DNA of 44,320 nt from a bacterium. Its GTDB lineage: Bacteria > Zhuqueibacterota > Zhuqueibacteria > Oceanimicrobiales > Oceanimicrobiaceae. Where the stretch lies: NCBI GenBank assembly GCA_046756745.1, contig JBHHWX010000001.1, positions 1 to 44,320 on the forward strand. Direction: 5' to 3'. How positions within the stretch are numbered: position 1 is the stretch's first letter; every line of letters begins with the position of its first letter. Positions 1 to 7,849 of the stretch are shown in pieces. Position numbers and translations under genes: made by a program. The notes under the pieces are model-generated. The model saw only the letters and a list, made by a program, of their open reading frames with translations, was not told where the DNA came from and did not search any database.

Positions 1-43
1 GAAGCCAATAGAATTCTCAGATTAGACACTTTAGGATATTTGA

Positions 44-865
44 ATGAAATTATTTAAATTATCAATACTTATGAGTATAACTTCAGCATACTTTCTTATC
101 GCATGCTCGTCATATAAAATCGGTGCCAACATTTCTGCTGAAGAGCGTTTTAAGCTTGGGAAGGTGATGTATAATAATAAAGACTATGAAGAGGCTAAAA
201 TACAGTTTAAACTATTGACTTTAAACTACCCCGGCTCTTCTTTTATTGACGAGGCCCAATACTTCCTTGCCCAAAGTTATTTTAAACGAAAAGAATATAT
301 TTTCGCCTCTGATGAGTTTAATAGATTACTCAGACTCTATCCACGCAGTAAGTGGATAGATAATTCACAATTTATGGTTGCTATGTGTGATTTTAAATTG
401 TCGCCAAAACCGACACTCGATCAAAAGCATACTTTACAAGCCGTCGCGAGTTTTCAGAGATTTTTAGAAGATTTCCCTAAGAGTGAATTAGCCAAGGAAG
501 CAGAGCGACTGCTCAATATTTGCAGAACAAAGTTGGCAGAAAAAGATTTTAGGTCGGGAGAGCTTTATCGCAAGTTAAAAGATTATCACGCCAGTTACGT
601 TTATTTTAACGGCGTGGTAAACAGTTACTATGATACCAAGTTTGCGCATCCGGCTTTGTATTGGAAAAGTGAGTCTCTTTACCGGTTAGGCCGGAAAAGT
701 GAAGCCGAGGAATCTTTTCGAGAGTTGATATCAAAATATCCTCGGAGTGAATTTCGTGCGAAATCTATCGCTCGCCTGAAAGAGATCAAAATGGATTTAG
801 GCCAGTCTCAGGAAACAGAAAAAAAAACCTCTCTCAGCAGTCAAACTAAAAACGAATTAAGATAA
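44..865 (+). CDS. bamD: Outer-membrane assembly lipoprotein, BamD/YfiO-like (TPR)
   Basis: 273-aa ORF. Signal peptide ends in a lipobox-like LIAC (Cys21). TPR-like helical repeats run along the whole length, and size and architecture are typical of BamD. Assignment is from motif memory only. Confidence 0.7.
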   Translation: MKLFKLSILMSITSAYFLIACSSYKIGANISAEERFKLGKVMYNNKDYEEAKIQFKLLTLNYPGSSFIDEAQYFLAQSYFKRKEYIFASDEFNRLLRLYPRSKWIDNSQFMVAMCDFKLSPKPTLDQKHTLQAVASFQRFLEDFPKSELAKEAERLLNICRTKLAEKDFRSGELYRKLKDYHASYVYFNGVVNSYYDTKFAHPALYWKSESLYRLGRKSEAEESFRELISKYPRSEFRAKSIARLKEIKMDLGQSQETEKKTSLSSQTKNELR

Positions 866-867
866 AT

Positions 868-1452
868 TTGAAAGTCGGCCTCTACGGTGGGACTTTTGAT
901 CCCCTACACAACGCCCACCTCATCATCGCTCAGTATATTAAGGAAGAGTTTCATCTCGATAAAATTATATTTATCCCGTGTGGGCTTCCTCCTCATAAGG
1001 ATGTTTTTTCATCGAAAGAAGTACGGCTCGAGATGGTACAGGCCTCTATTGCAGACAACCCGGTCTTTGAGCTTTCCGATATTGAAGTCAGAAGTTCTAT
1101 AACAAGCTATAGCGTCGATACAATTAAACAAATCAAGGACCGGCGTCGTGCAAATTGTCCGACTTTTTTTTGGATTATCGGTTCAGATAATTATCTTCAA
1201 TTCCCGCAGTGGAAAAACCCGGAAAAAATTCTCGAAATGTGCGACCTCATTGTTTTCCCACGCAATCACGATGATTTTGAGCGGGCGCCAGAAGAATTCA
1301 AGGATCACCCTGCAATTCATTTGATCAACGCTCCCTTGATAGAAATTTCATCCACCCAGATTCGGGCCCTCGTACAAAAAGAACGCTCGATTCGATATTT
1401 GGTGCCGGCTGCTGTCGAGGCAATTATTCATTCTTCTCATCTTTATCGGTAA
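868..1452 (+). CDS. nadD: Nicotinate-nucleotide adenylyltransferase
   Basis: N-terminal GGTFDPLHNAHL nucleotidyltransferase motif and C-terminal ISSTQIR motif; 194 aa. TTG start lies 2 nt after the bamD stop. Confidence 0.9.
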   Translation: MKVGLYGGTFDPLHNAHLIIAQYIKEEFHLDKIIFIPCGLPPHKDVFSSKEVRLEMVQASIADNPVFELSDIEVRSSITSYSVDTIKQIKDRRRANCPTFFWIIGSDNYLQFPQWKNPEKILEMCDLIVFPRNHDDFERAPEEFKDHPAIHLINAPLIEISSTQIRALVQKERSIRYLVPAAVEAIIHSSHLYR

Positions 1453-1507
1453 GGTTCACCTTTAGAATTTTTTACCTGTTTCGCAGATTACAAGCTTCAG
1501 CTTGCCC

Positions 1508-1590
1508 TTCAGGCGCGAGAAACTTCGGAGTGCAAAACTTTAGTTTTGCACTGTCAATAAAAGCAGCAACGCTAAAGCGTTGCACTCCAA
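1508..1590. repeat. Double-hairpin intergenic repeat, family 1, copy 1
   Basis: The sequence ttcaggcgcgagaaacttcGGAGTGCAAAACtttaGTTTTGCACt...GCAACGCtaaaGCGTTGCACTCCaa recurs as a reverse complement at 10561-10645. The arms are nearly identical and the central linker varies. A palindrome module acaagcttcagcttg (1490-1504) sits immediately upstream. Confidence 0.85.
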
Positions 1591-1642
1591 TTGGTTCGAT
1601 AGTTAACCTGAATGACACCCGCAACTGACCGATAACCGCGGA

Positions 1643-1672
1643 GGACAAAAAAGACTTGCTTTTTGTTATAAT
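1643..1672 (+). promoter_or_regulatory. Candidate sigma70-type promoter for the plsC operon (extended -10)
   Basis: TGtTATAAT at 1664-1672 (extended -10) with a weak -35-like gGACAa at 1643-1648. It lies about 40 nt upstream of the plsC ATG. Confidence 0.4.
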
Positions 1673-1708
1673 AATGTTTTATTTTTTTCGATTTATGCAG
1701 GAAACAGC

Positions 1709-2377
1709 ATGACCCAAGAATCGCGTTACAAAGAATCCGCTTTTATCTTTTGGCTGTCTTACTATTTTTTTAAGATATTGGTGAAAGTTTTTTACCGCGG
1801 CAAATGTTATAACCGTGATAATTTACCTGCCAAGGGTCCGTATGTTGCAGCTATCAACCACAACAGCTTGATGGACATTCCGGGAATGACCTTAGCTATC
1901 AAGCAACGGGGGGCGGCGATGGCCAAACACACTTTATTTGATATTCCTATTTTGGGATGGTGGCTGTGGAAAGTTGGCATGTTTCCGGTTAAACGCGGTG
2001 AAAGCGATCAGGCTTCATTCGACTTTGCTCTGAACGCCTTGCGGAAAGGTTATGTTCTTTATATAGCACCGGAAGGGACGCGAAAACACGAACCGGGTTC
2101 TCCGCCACGCCCTCACACAGGCTTTATTCGGTTAGCGCAAGAGGCACATTGTCCGATCGTTCCGATAGCGCTTTGCGGCACCCGAGAGGCGCTTCCGCCA
2201 GGGGCAAAGTTTCTGCATCTTAGCAAGATTGCAGTCAATGTGGGTAAACCCATCTTTCCGGAGAAGATAAAATTGTCAATGGAAAACCGAAATGCTCTTC
2301 AACAGCAAGCAAACGAGATCATGCAAGCCGTTTATCATCTACGAAATGAGATTCAGGCAAATCGGAGGGAGAGATGA
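1709..2377 (+). CDS. plsC: 1-acyl-sn-glycerol-3-phosphate acyltransferase
   Basis: HX4D acyltransferase motif (NHNSLMD), plus FPVKRG and APEGTR blocks; 222 aa. Confidence 0.85.
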   Translation: MTQESRYKESAFIFWLSYYFFKILVKVFYRGKCYNRDNLPAKGPYVAAINHNSLMDIPGMTLAIKQRGAAMAKHTLFDIPILGWWLWKVGMFPVKRGESDQASFDFALNALRKGYVLYIAPEGTRKHEPGSPPRPHTGFIRLAQEAHCPIVPIALCGTREALPPGAKFLHLSKIAVNVGKPIFPEKIKLSMENRNALQQQANEIMQAVYHLRNEIQANRRER

Positions 2378-2616
2378 TGGATGAAGATTTAGAGGAACAT
2401 CAGCTTGCTGAGGATGAGAATAACAACCATACGGATTTTGACTTTGAAGACGATGACTGGGAGGATGACGACGAAGACTGGGATGATGAAGACGATGAAG
2501 ACGATGAAGATATTATCGAAGATTTTGAAGAAGATATAGAAGATATAGATGATGACGACGACGACGCAGATAACGATTTTGACGAGGGAGACTGGGGAGA
2601 AGAAGACTGGAATTGA
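2374..2616 (+). CDS. Hyper-acidic small protein (80 aa, unknown function)
   Basis: ATGA start/stop overlap with plsC and TGATG overlap with the next gene. 51 of 80 residues are D/E, none are K/R, and W/F residues are interspersed. Mixed GAT/GAC/GAA/GAG codon use rather than a simple DNA repeat. Confidence 0.6.
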   Translation: MMDEDLEEHQLAEDENNNHTDFDFEDDDWEDDDEDWDDEDDEDDEDIIEDFEEDIEDIDDDDDDADNDFDEGDWGEEDWN

Positions 2617-3137
2617 TGAAATATTTTGCTGCATTTTCTCACGGTGAGGTTGAAATTGAACTTCTTGATTCCTCCGGAGAAGTACGCTCGACACACGACA
2701 AGAATAAAATACGAAAGGCCGAGCTTAAAGCCGTTGGGAACGGGGTTTATTTGTTGTTGATCGATAATAAGTCGTATGAACTTTTTTTCGCCCCGACAGA
2801 CCCCGGCTATGAAGTGAGAATCAACGGTTTCGGGTACCGGTTTCAACTCGAGGATCAACGAACTCGGAATATCCGGCGCCTGAGAAAGGTCAATCCCAAA
2901 AATAAGGATAAGCTGGAGGTGAAATCGCCGATGCCTGGTCTCATTGTTGACTTTCATGTCCAAGAAGGGGATCTCGTCAAAGAAGGACAGGGGCTGGTCA
3001 CTATCGAGGCGATGAAGATGGAAAATGAAATTCGCTCTGAGGTGGCAGGCGTCGTCGAAAAAATCTTCACACGTCCCAAGGATTCAATCGAGAAGGACGC
3101 CATTCTGATGGTGATAAAATCTTCTAACTCGGTGTGA
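2613..3137 (+). CDS. Biotin/lipoyl attachment domain protein (BCCP-like)
   Basis: C-terminal biotinyl domain with VTIEAMKMENEI (the AMKM biotinylation motif). The likely start is ATG 2616, which overlaps the upstream stop. Confidence 0.8.
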   Translation: MMKYFAAFSHGEVEIELLDSSGEVRSTHDKNKIRKAELKAVGNGVYLLLIDNKSYELFFAPTDPGYEVRINGFGYRFQLEDQRTRNIRRLRKVNPKNKDKLEVKSPMPGLIVDFHVQEGDLVKEGQGLVTIEAMKMENEIRSEVAGVVEKIFTRPKDSIEKDAILMVIKSSNSV

Positions 3138-3140
3138 GGG

Positions 3141-3848
3141 ATGTTAAAAACCATCGGGATCTTAGGGGGGATGGGCCCTGCGGCAACGGTGCTCTTTTTT
3201 CAACGGATTGTGGAGTTGACTGCTGCGACTCACGATCAGGGGCATATCCCAGTACTGGTCTTTAACAATCCACAAATTCCGGATCGCTCCGAAGCCATCC
3301 TGAACAACGGGTTGAGTCCTTTGCAAAAACTGGCAGAGAGTGCGCTGGTTTTGCAAAAATCCGGCGCAGATTTTATTTGCATCCCTTGCAATACAGCACA
3401 CTTTTGGTTTTGCGATCTTCAAAATCGAATTGATATTCCAATCGTACACCTGATTGAAACGGTCCGGGAACAGGCGATACAGCAATGCCAAAATTTGAGC
3501 ACGATCGGTTTATTGGCAACAGAAGGCACAATTCGTTCGGGATTATACCAAAAAGTATTTGACGCTTTTAATATAGAAGTTGTGTCGCCTGACGCTGAGG
3601 GAGTCAAGGCTCTGCAAAAGGCGATTCATGGACTTAAAAATAAATCCCGGGATTGTTCGACGATTCAAGAAATTGCAAAAAAAATGATGAAGCAGCAAGT
3701 GCAGGGAATTATTCTTGGCTGCACAGAGCTTGGGTTGATTGCATCCGATCTACAAGCTGACATTCCGATTTTCGATTCCATCGAAGTTTTGGCTCGCAAG
3801 GCAATTCGATTAGCTTCAAATTGGCAAGAAGGGGACAATACATTTTGA
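3141..3848 (+). CDS. Aspartate racemase (Asp/Glu racemase family)
   Basis: GILGGMGPAAT N-terminal motif. The two catalytic Cys contexts are IPCNTAH and LGCTELG; 235 aa. Confidence 0.85.
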   Translation: MLKTIGILGGMGPAATVLFFQRIVELTAATHDQGHIPVLVFNNPQIPDRSEAILNNGLSPLQKLAESALVLQKSGADFICIPCNTAHFWFCDLQNRIDIPIVHLIETVREQAIQQCQNLSTIGLLATEGTIRSGLYQKVFDAFNIEVVSPDAEGVKALQKAIHGLKNKSRDCSTIQEIAKKMMKQQVQGIILGCTELGLIASDLQADIPIFDSIEVLARKAIRLASNWQEGDNTF

Positions 3849-6835
3849 GTAAACTATTTCATATCGTTTTTCGAAATCTGTTTGTTTTTGTTCTGCTCTT
3901 GGCCATAAATATCACGTTAGGCGCTCAGGATAAAAGCGGGCTTTCCGTCTCCAAACTTGACCAGTTGAGAAAAAGTATCCGTCCGCCGCAAGCTAAAGAA
4001 GCGCCTGAATCTCATCCAGCTCAAGTTTGTGGTGCTCCCCTTTCCCGTGATATCGCCTCAAATCTGAAGCGCCCGGTTTATCACACACGACAGTTCGAGA
4101 GCACAAGTGATGAAGTCGGTGATATTAAAAAATTCAAAGCCATTGATTTTACCAGCGAGTCACAGGAGACAAAAGAAATTGTCGCCCGGGCAGAGCGAAA
4201 AGGAACGCACGCCTATATTTATGTCGATACGACACAAAGTTTCAAAGAGTCGGACCTCGATGAAATTATCTCTGTCTTCGATGATCAAATCTATGAAAAG
4301 AATACCCAAATTTTTGGACCGGAGCCAAATCCAGGTATTGACGGAGATATTCGAATCACCATTCTTTTTCTTGAAATTGAAGAATCCGCTGACGTTGTTG
4401 GAGATATCTCCGGCTATTTTTGGTCTGGAAATCAATTCCCGAAAAATCAAGTATCGGATAGTAACGAGAGAGAGATGTTTTATATTGATATTTCTCGACT
4501 TGCCAGGTTGGGTCCGGATCAAACGTTAGGAACCGTCGCTCATGAATTTCAGCATCTGATTCACTGGAACCATGATCGGGATGAAGACACCTGGATAAAC
4601 GAAGGACTGTCTGAATACGCCACTTTTGTGAACGGTTTGGGCATCTCGAGCAGACCGTCTCTTTTTCTCAATAACACCGATATGACCTTGACCGGTTGGG
4701 ATAACCGCCCGCGGGATTACGCGCGGGCTTTTCTTTGGATTTTGTACGTGTCGGACCACTATGGAGGAAACGCACTCATACGGAAGATTGTGGCAAATCC
4801 AAACAACGGGCTGCCGGCCTTGCATGTTAACATCGCTGCATTCGATCCTCAAATCTCTCTCTCTGACATTTTAAACAACTGGTTTTTGGCAAATTATCTG
4901 GATGGCACTGCCACCAATAGTGATCTCTTGGAATATCCATCCATCGACTTACCTCCGCTTAGGCCAACGCAAGCTTTCGGATTTTTACCTGTGAGCGCCC
5001 GAAGTGCAAGCGTTCGCTCCTATGCTGCTGATTATTACTTGTTTCAAGGGGGGCAAGATTTATCTCTTCATTTCGATGCGGCGGAGGATGTACAAAATTT
5101 CAGAGTCAAAGGGGTGAAATTAAGGAAAGCGTCTGTCCCAGATATTATCGATTTTCCTCTGGATAGCCAAAATAATGGCACGCTGTCGTTTCCTGATTTT
5201 GGGATAAATTTCGATCAATTCGTACTCGTTCCGTATTACCTGGATGATCCCGGTTTGCGGCCGCAAGTCAATTATACTTTTAGCGCTGATGGGAAAGGAG
5301 GACCTTCTACTTTTTCAGACACGCTGCAACACCATGATACCGAGTCGAACACGGTCATCGTGTTAGGCCTGCCATCTCCAATTATCAATGGTTCACATTT
5401 TGATGCGTATGCCGTACGCTTTACCCCGCCCTCTGACGCTATTCTGCTTGGAGGCGAATTCTCCGTGTGGCGGCGCGAAGGTCAGGGGGGAACTGTACGA
5501 TTTTATGTTTATGAAGACAGCGGCGATACGTTAGCTATCCCGGCTGCAAAAATCGATTCCGTCGACGTGCCAAATATTTCCGGAACCCCGGGAACGATTA
5601 CCTGGAACAGTTTCGATTTCAGCGATAAGAACATTGATATTAAAAAAGGACAAGATTTTCATCTCGGCTGGGAGTTCGTCGATGCCGGCTTTGGTGATAC
5701 CGTCTTTGCCATGTTAGACACGGCGCGTTTTTCAACAAACCGTTCTTCCGTTTATGTTCGAGAAAATAAGCAATGGTCTCATTTTGTTTCCGGGTTGAAT
5801 TTTTTAATGCGAGCCATCATTGCCGTCCCTGCCGATCCGACTGTTCCCAAAGTCACGGCAGGACTTTTACAAAATCCTGTTTTCAGTCAATCTGTAGATA
5901 TTTTTACCATCAGCGAAACACCGCTCAATCCAGTGAGCGTAGAAGGAACGTTTACTCTTGGGGATTCAATCCGGGTTCTGAATTTTAATGCGCTGTCTGA
6001 TTCAAACAAAGTCTTTATAGAAGACGACGTTAAGCTGAGTACCGGTGGAGTTGGTGAGATCGCTGTCTCTGCCCGTAATAAGTTTGGAACGGTTGTGGGA
6101 ACGGATACTCTTAGATTGAGGGTTGATTTCTTAGAGAAAAGCACGGGTGGGGAAATACTAAGCAGGGATGAGAATCTGCGTATTACCGTGCCCCCAAAAC
6201 TCTTGGCCAGCTCGCTATTTTTTACAACGATTTCTCTAAAAGATGATTTTCACGTCAACCCGATTTCAATGCTCCAAAACGATCTCGTGCATACGGGTCT
6301 TGGATATACTATCGGTCCTCCTGGGATCATTTTAAACGAAACCGTCGAATTGCAGCTCTATTATGGGGATAACAATCTCGCGCAAATATCTGAAAATGAT
6401 CTGGCTATTGCCTTTTGGGAGCAAGACAACTGGGAAATTCTTGGCGGCGAGCTTTATCGCAGGAACAAAACAATTTCCGTACTTATTAATCGTACAGGAA
6501 GTTACAGCTTAGTCGTGGATCGGCTTGAGAATCCTGTTGATGATCCCGAAGTGCCAAATCGATTCTATTTGAACCAGAACTTTCCTAATCCCTTTAACCC
6601 AAACACAACGATCAAATTCGGGTTGCCGGAGAATACTCATGTGACTTTAAGGATTATCAATTTAAAAGGCCAAATCATATCGACTTTAATCGATGCGCCT
6701 CTGGAGCAAGGCGTTCATGAAATTGAGTGGACCGGCTCTGATGATGCAAACGTGCCTGTCGCCAGCGGTGTGTACCTATATCAATTGCGCGCTGGCGACT
6801 TTCTGGAAACAAAAAAACTCGTATTAGTAAAATGA
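3821..6835 (+). CDS. Secreted zinc metalloprotease (HExxH, Glu-zincin-like) with T9SS-type C-terminal sorting domain
   Basis: Signal peptide, then HEFQHLIH followed by NEGLSEY. The C-terminal stretch FPNPFNPNTTIKF...VYLYQL...LVLVK resembles a Por secretion tail. ATG 3821 overlaps the racemase gene by 28 nt; TTG 3845 is an alternative start. Confidence 0.8.
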   Translation: MARRGQYILSKLFHIVFRNLFVFVLLLAINITLGAQDKSGLSVSKLDQLRKSIRPPQAKEAPESHPAQVCGAPLSRDIASNLKRPVYHTRQFESTSDEVGDIKKFKAIDFTSESQETKEIVARAERKGTHAYIYVDTTQSFKESDLDEIISVFDDQIYEKNTQIFGPEPNPGIDGDIRITILFLEIEESADVVGDISGYFWSGNQFPKNQVSDSNEREMFYIDISRLARLGPDQTLGTVAHEFQHLIHWNHDRDEDTWINEGLSEYATFVNGLGISSRPSLFLNNTDMTLTGWDNRPRDYARAFLWILYVSDHYGGNALIRKIVANPNNGLPALHVNIAAFDPQISLSDILNNWFLANYLDGTATNSDLLEYPSIDLPPLRPTQAFGFLPVSARSASVRSYAADYYLFQGGQDLSLHFDAAEDVQNFRVKGVKLRKASVPDIIDFPLDSQNNGTLSFPDFGINFDQFVLVPYYLDDPGLRPQVNYTFSADGKGGPSTFSDTLQHHDTESNTVIVLGLPSPIINGSHFDAYAVRFTPPSDAILLGGEFSVWRREGQGGTVRFYVYEDSGDTLAIPAAKIDSVDVPNISGTPGTITWNSFDFSDKNIDIKKGQDFHLGWEFVDAGFGDTVFAMLDTARFSTNRSSVYVRENKQWSHFVSGLNFLMRAIIAVPADPTVPKVTAGLLQNPVFSQSVDIFTISETPLNPVSVEGTFTLGDSIRVLNFNALSDSNKVFIEDDVKLSTGGVGEIAVSARNKFGTVVGTDTLRLRVDFLEKSTGGEILSRDENLRITVPPKLLASSLFFTTISLKDDFHVNPISMLQNDLVHTGLGYTIGPPGIILNETVELQLYYGDNNLAQISENDLAIAFWEQDNWEILGGELYRRNKTISVLINRTGSYSLVVDRLENPVDDPEVPNRFYLNQNFPNPFNPNTTIKFGLPENTHVTLRIINLKGQIISTLIDAPLEQGVHEIEWTGSDDANVPVASGVYLYQLRAGDFLETKKLVLVK

Positions 6836-7440
6836 CTCTCAAAAAAAATCCAAGTGTCATCCATTTATGCGCGTTGTTAAGCTTTTTTATCCTTTTGCAA
6901 TGCGGCGGCGGCAATCCGACGACCCCCACCATAAGAGATCCGAAAGAACTGGTTGACGAAGGGTGGGCGGCATTTGAGTCCGGAAATTTTCAACGCGCGG
7001 CAGTAAAATTCGACTCAGCAAAGACCCTGGATTCGATATTTGCAGAAGCTTACAACGGGGCTGGTTGGGCACATGGGCGGTTAACGGAATTCGAGCAAGC
7101 GAGCGAAGATTTTAAAGTAGCCGTGGGTTTAAAGGAGAGCTTGATTGAAGCGCATGCCGGGGCGTCTTTCGCTTATCACGCAGCAAATCGTTTTGAACAA
7201 TCTATCTCAGAAGCTCTCTTCACCCTTGAGGCAGAGCCTCATTTCATCTTTTCTCATGATACGACCGTGGATTCGATGGACATCCGCGTCACTCTCGCTT
7301 TGAGTTATTTTTCTATCGCAGACTTTGCTAATGCCGCCGAACAAATGGATATCGTCGATCCGTTTAACCGGCCGCATTCAACCAATCCGGATGAATTGAT
7401 CCGGGAGATTATGCGATTCTTTCAGCAGATCAATTTGTGA
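6832..7440 (+). CDS. TPR-repeat lipoprotein
   Basis: Signal peptide with lipobox LLQC (Cys24), followed by TPR-like repeats (FQRAAVKFDSAKTLD, AEAYNGAGWAHGRL...). The start overlaps the protease stop (ATGA). Confidence 0.6.
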   Translation: MTLKKNPSVIHLCALLSFFILLQCGGGNPTTPTIRDPKELVDEGWAAFESGNFQRAAVKFDSAKTLDSIFAEAYNGAGWAHGRLTEFEQASEDFKVAVGLKESLIEAHAGASFAYHAANRFEQSISEALFTLEAEPHFIFSHDTTVDSMDIRVTLALSYFSIADFANAAEQMDIVDPFNRPHSTNPDELIREIMRFFQQINL

Positions 7441-7849
7441 TGAAATCACAAAGCCTGTGCGGACGCTGTTTTCTCCCACGAGCCGCTCCAGAGGCTTCAT
7501 TCGACTCTTTGATTTTGAGAACAAATACACCTCGTTCCCTCCTCACTGACAGGTGAAACAGGGCTGCTGAGGATGTCCACCATGCAGATTTCTTCGGTTT
7601 TACTGCCAACCCGACGTGCCAGAAACCGTCTTCATCTGGGACGATAGCGTTCATTAAGTTTTGCGCAGCGCTGCCTTCCTTGAGGTTAATAATCCGAATA
7701 CAGGTATTGGGCACGCTGAGATACTCACTCAAGCCCTCGGCAAAGCGGGAGACAAATTCCGCGCACTCTTTTCTTTCAGCGAAATTGTTATCCATTTTTT
7801 GACAGGCTCCTTTAAACTTGACATCGTTGTTAGGGTTAATTACTAACAT
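7430..7849 (-). CDS. Hypothetical protein downstream of nrdJ
   Basis: ATG 7849 overlaps the nrdJ stop (ATGTTAG). The ORF-track start at 7912 would lie inside nrdJ. No recognisable motifs. Confidence 0.4.
   Translation of the reverse strand: MLVINPNNDVKFKGACQKMDNNFAERKECAEFVSRFAEGLSEYLSVPNTCIRIINLKEGSAAQNLMNAIVPDEDGFWHVGLAVKPKKSAWWTSSAALFHLSVRRERGVFVLKIKESNEASGAARGRKQRPHRLCDFITN

Noticed and set aside
1598-1625. ggttcgat motif suggesting a tRNA T-arm.
   Set aside because: No acceptor stem, D-arm or anticodon arm can be drawn around it. I found no convincing tRNA or rRNA in any spacer.
2389-2963. Minus-strand ORFs 2389-2694 and 2400-2963 (Ser- and Ile/Val-rich).
   Set aside because: They are antisense shadows of the GAT/GAA-rich acidic ORF and the biotinyl-domain gene. 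They are low-complexity and have no start context.
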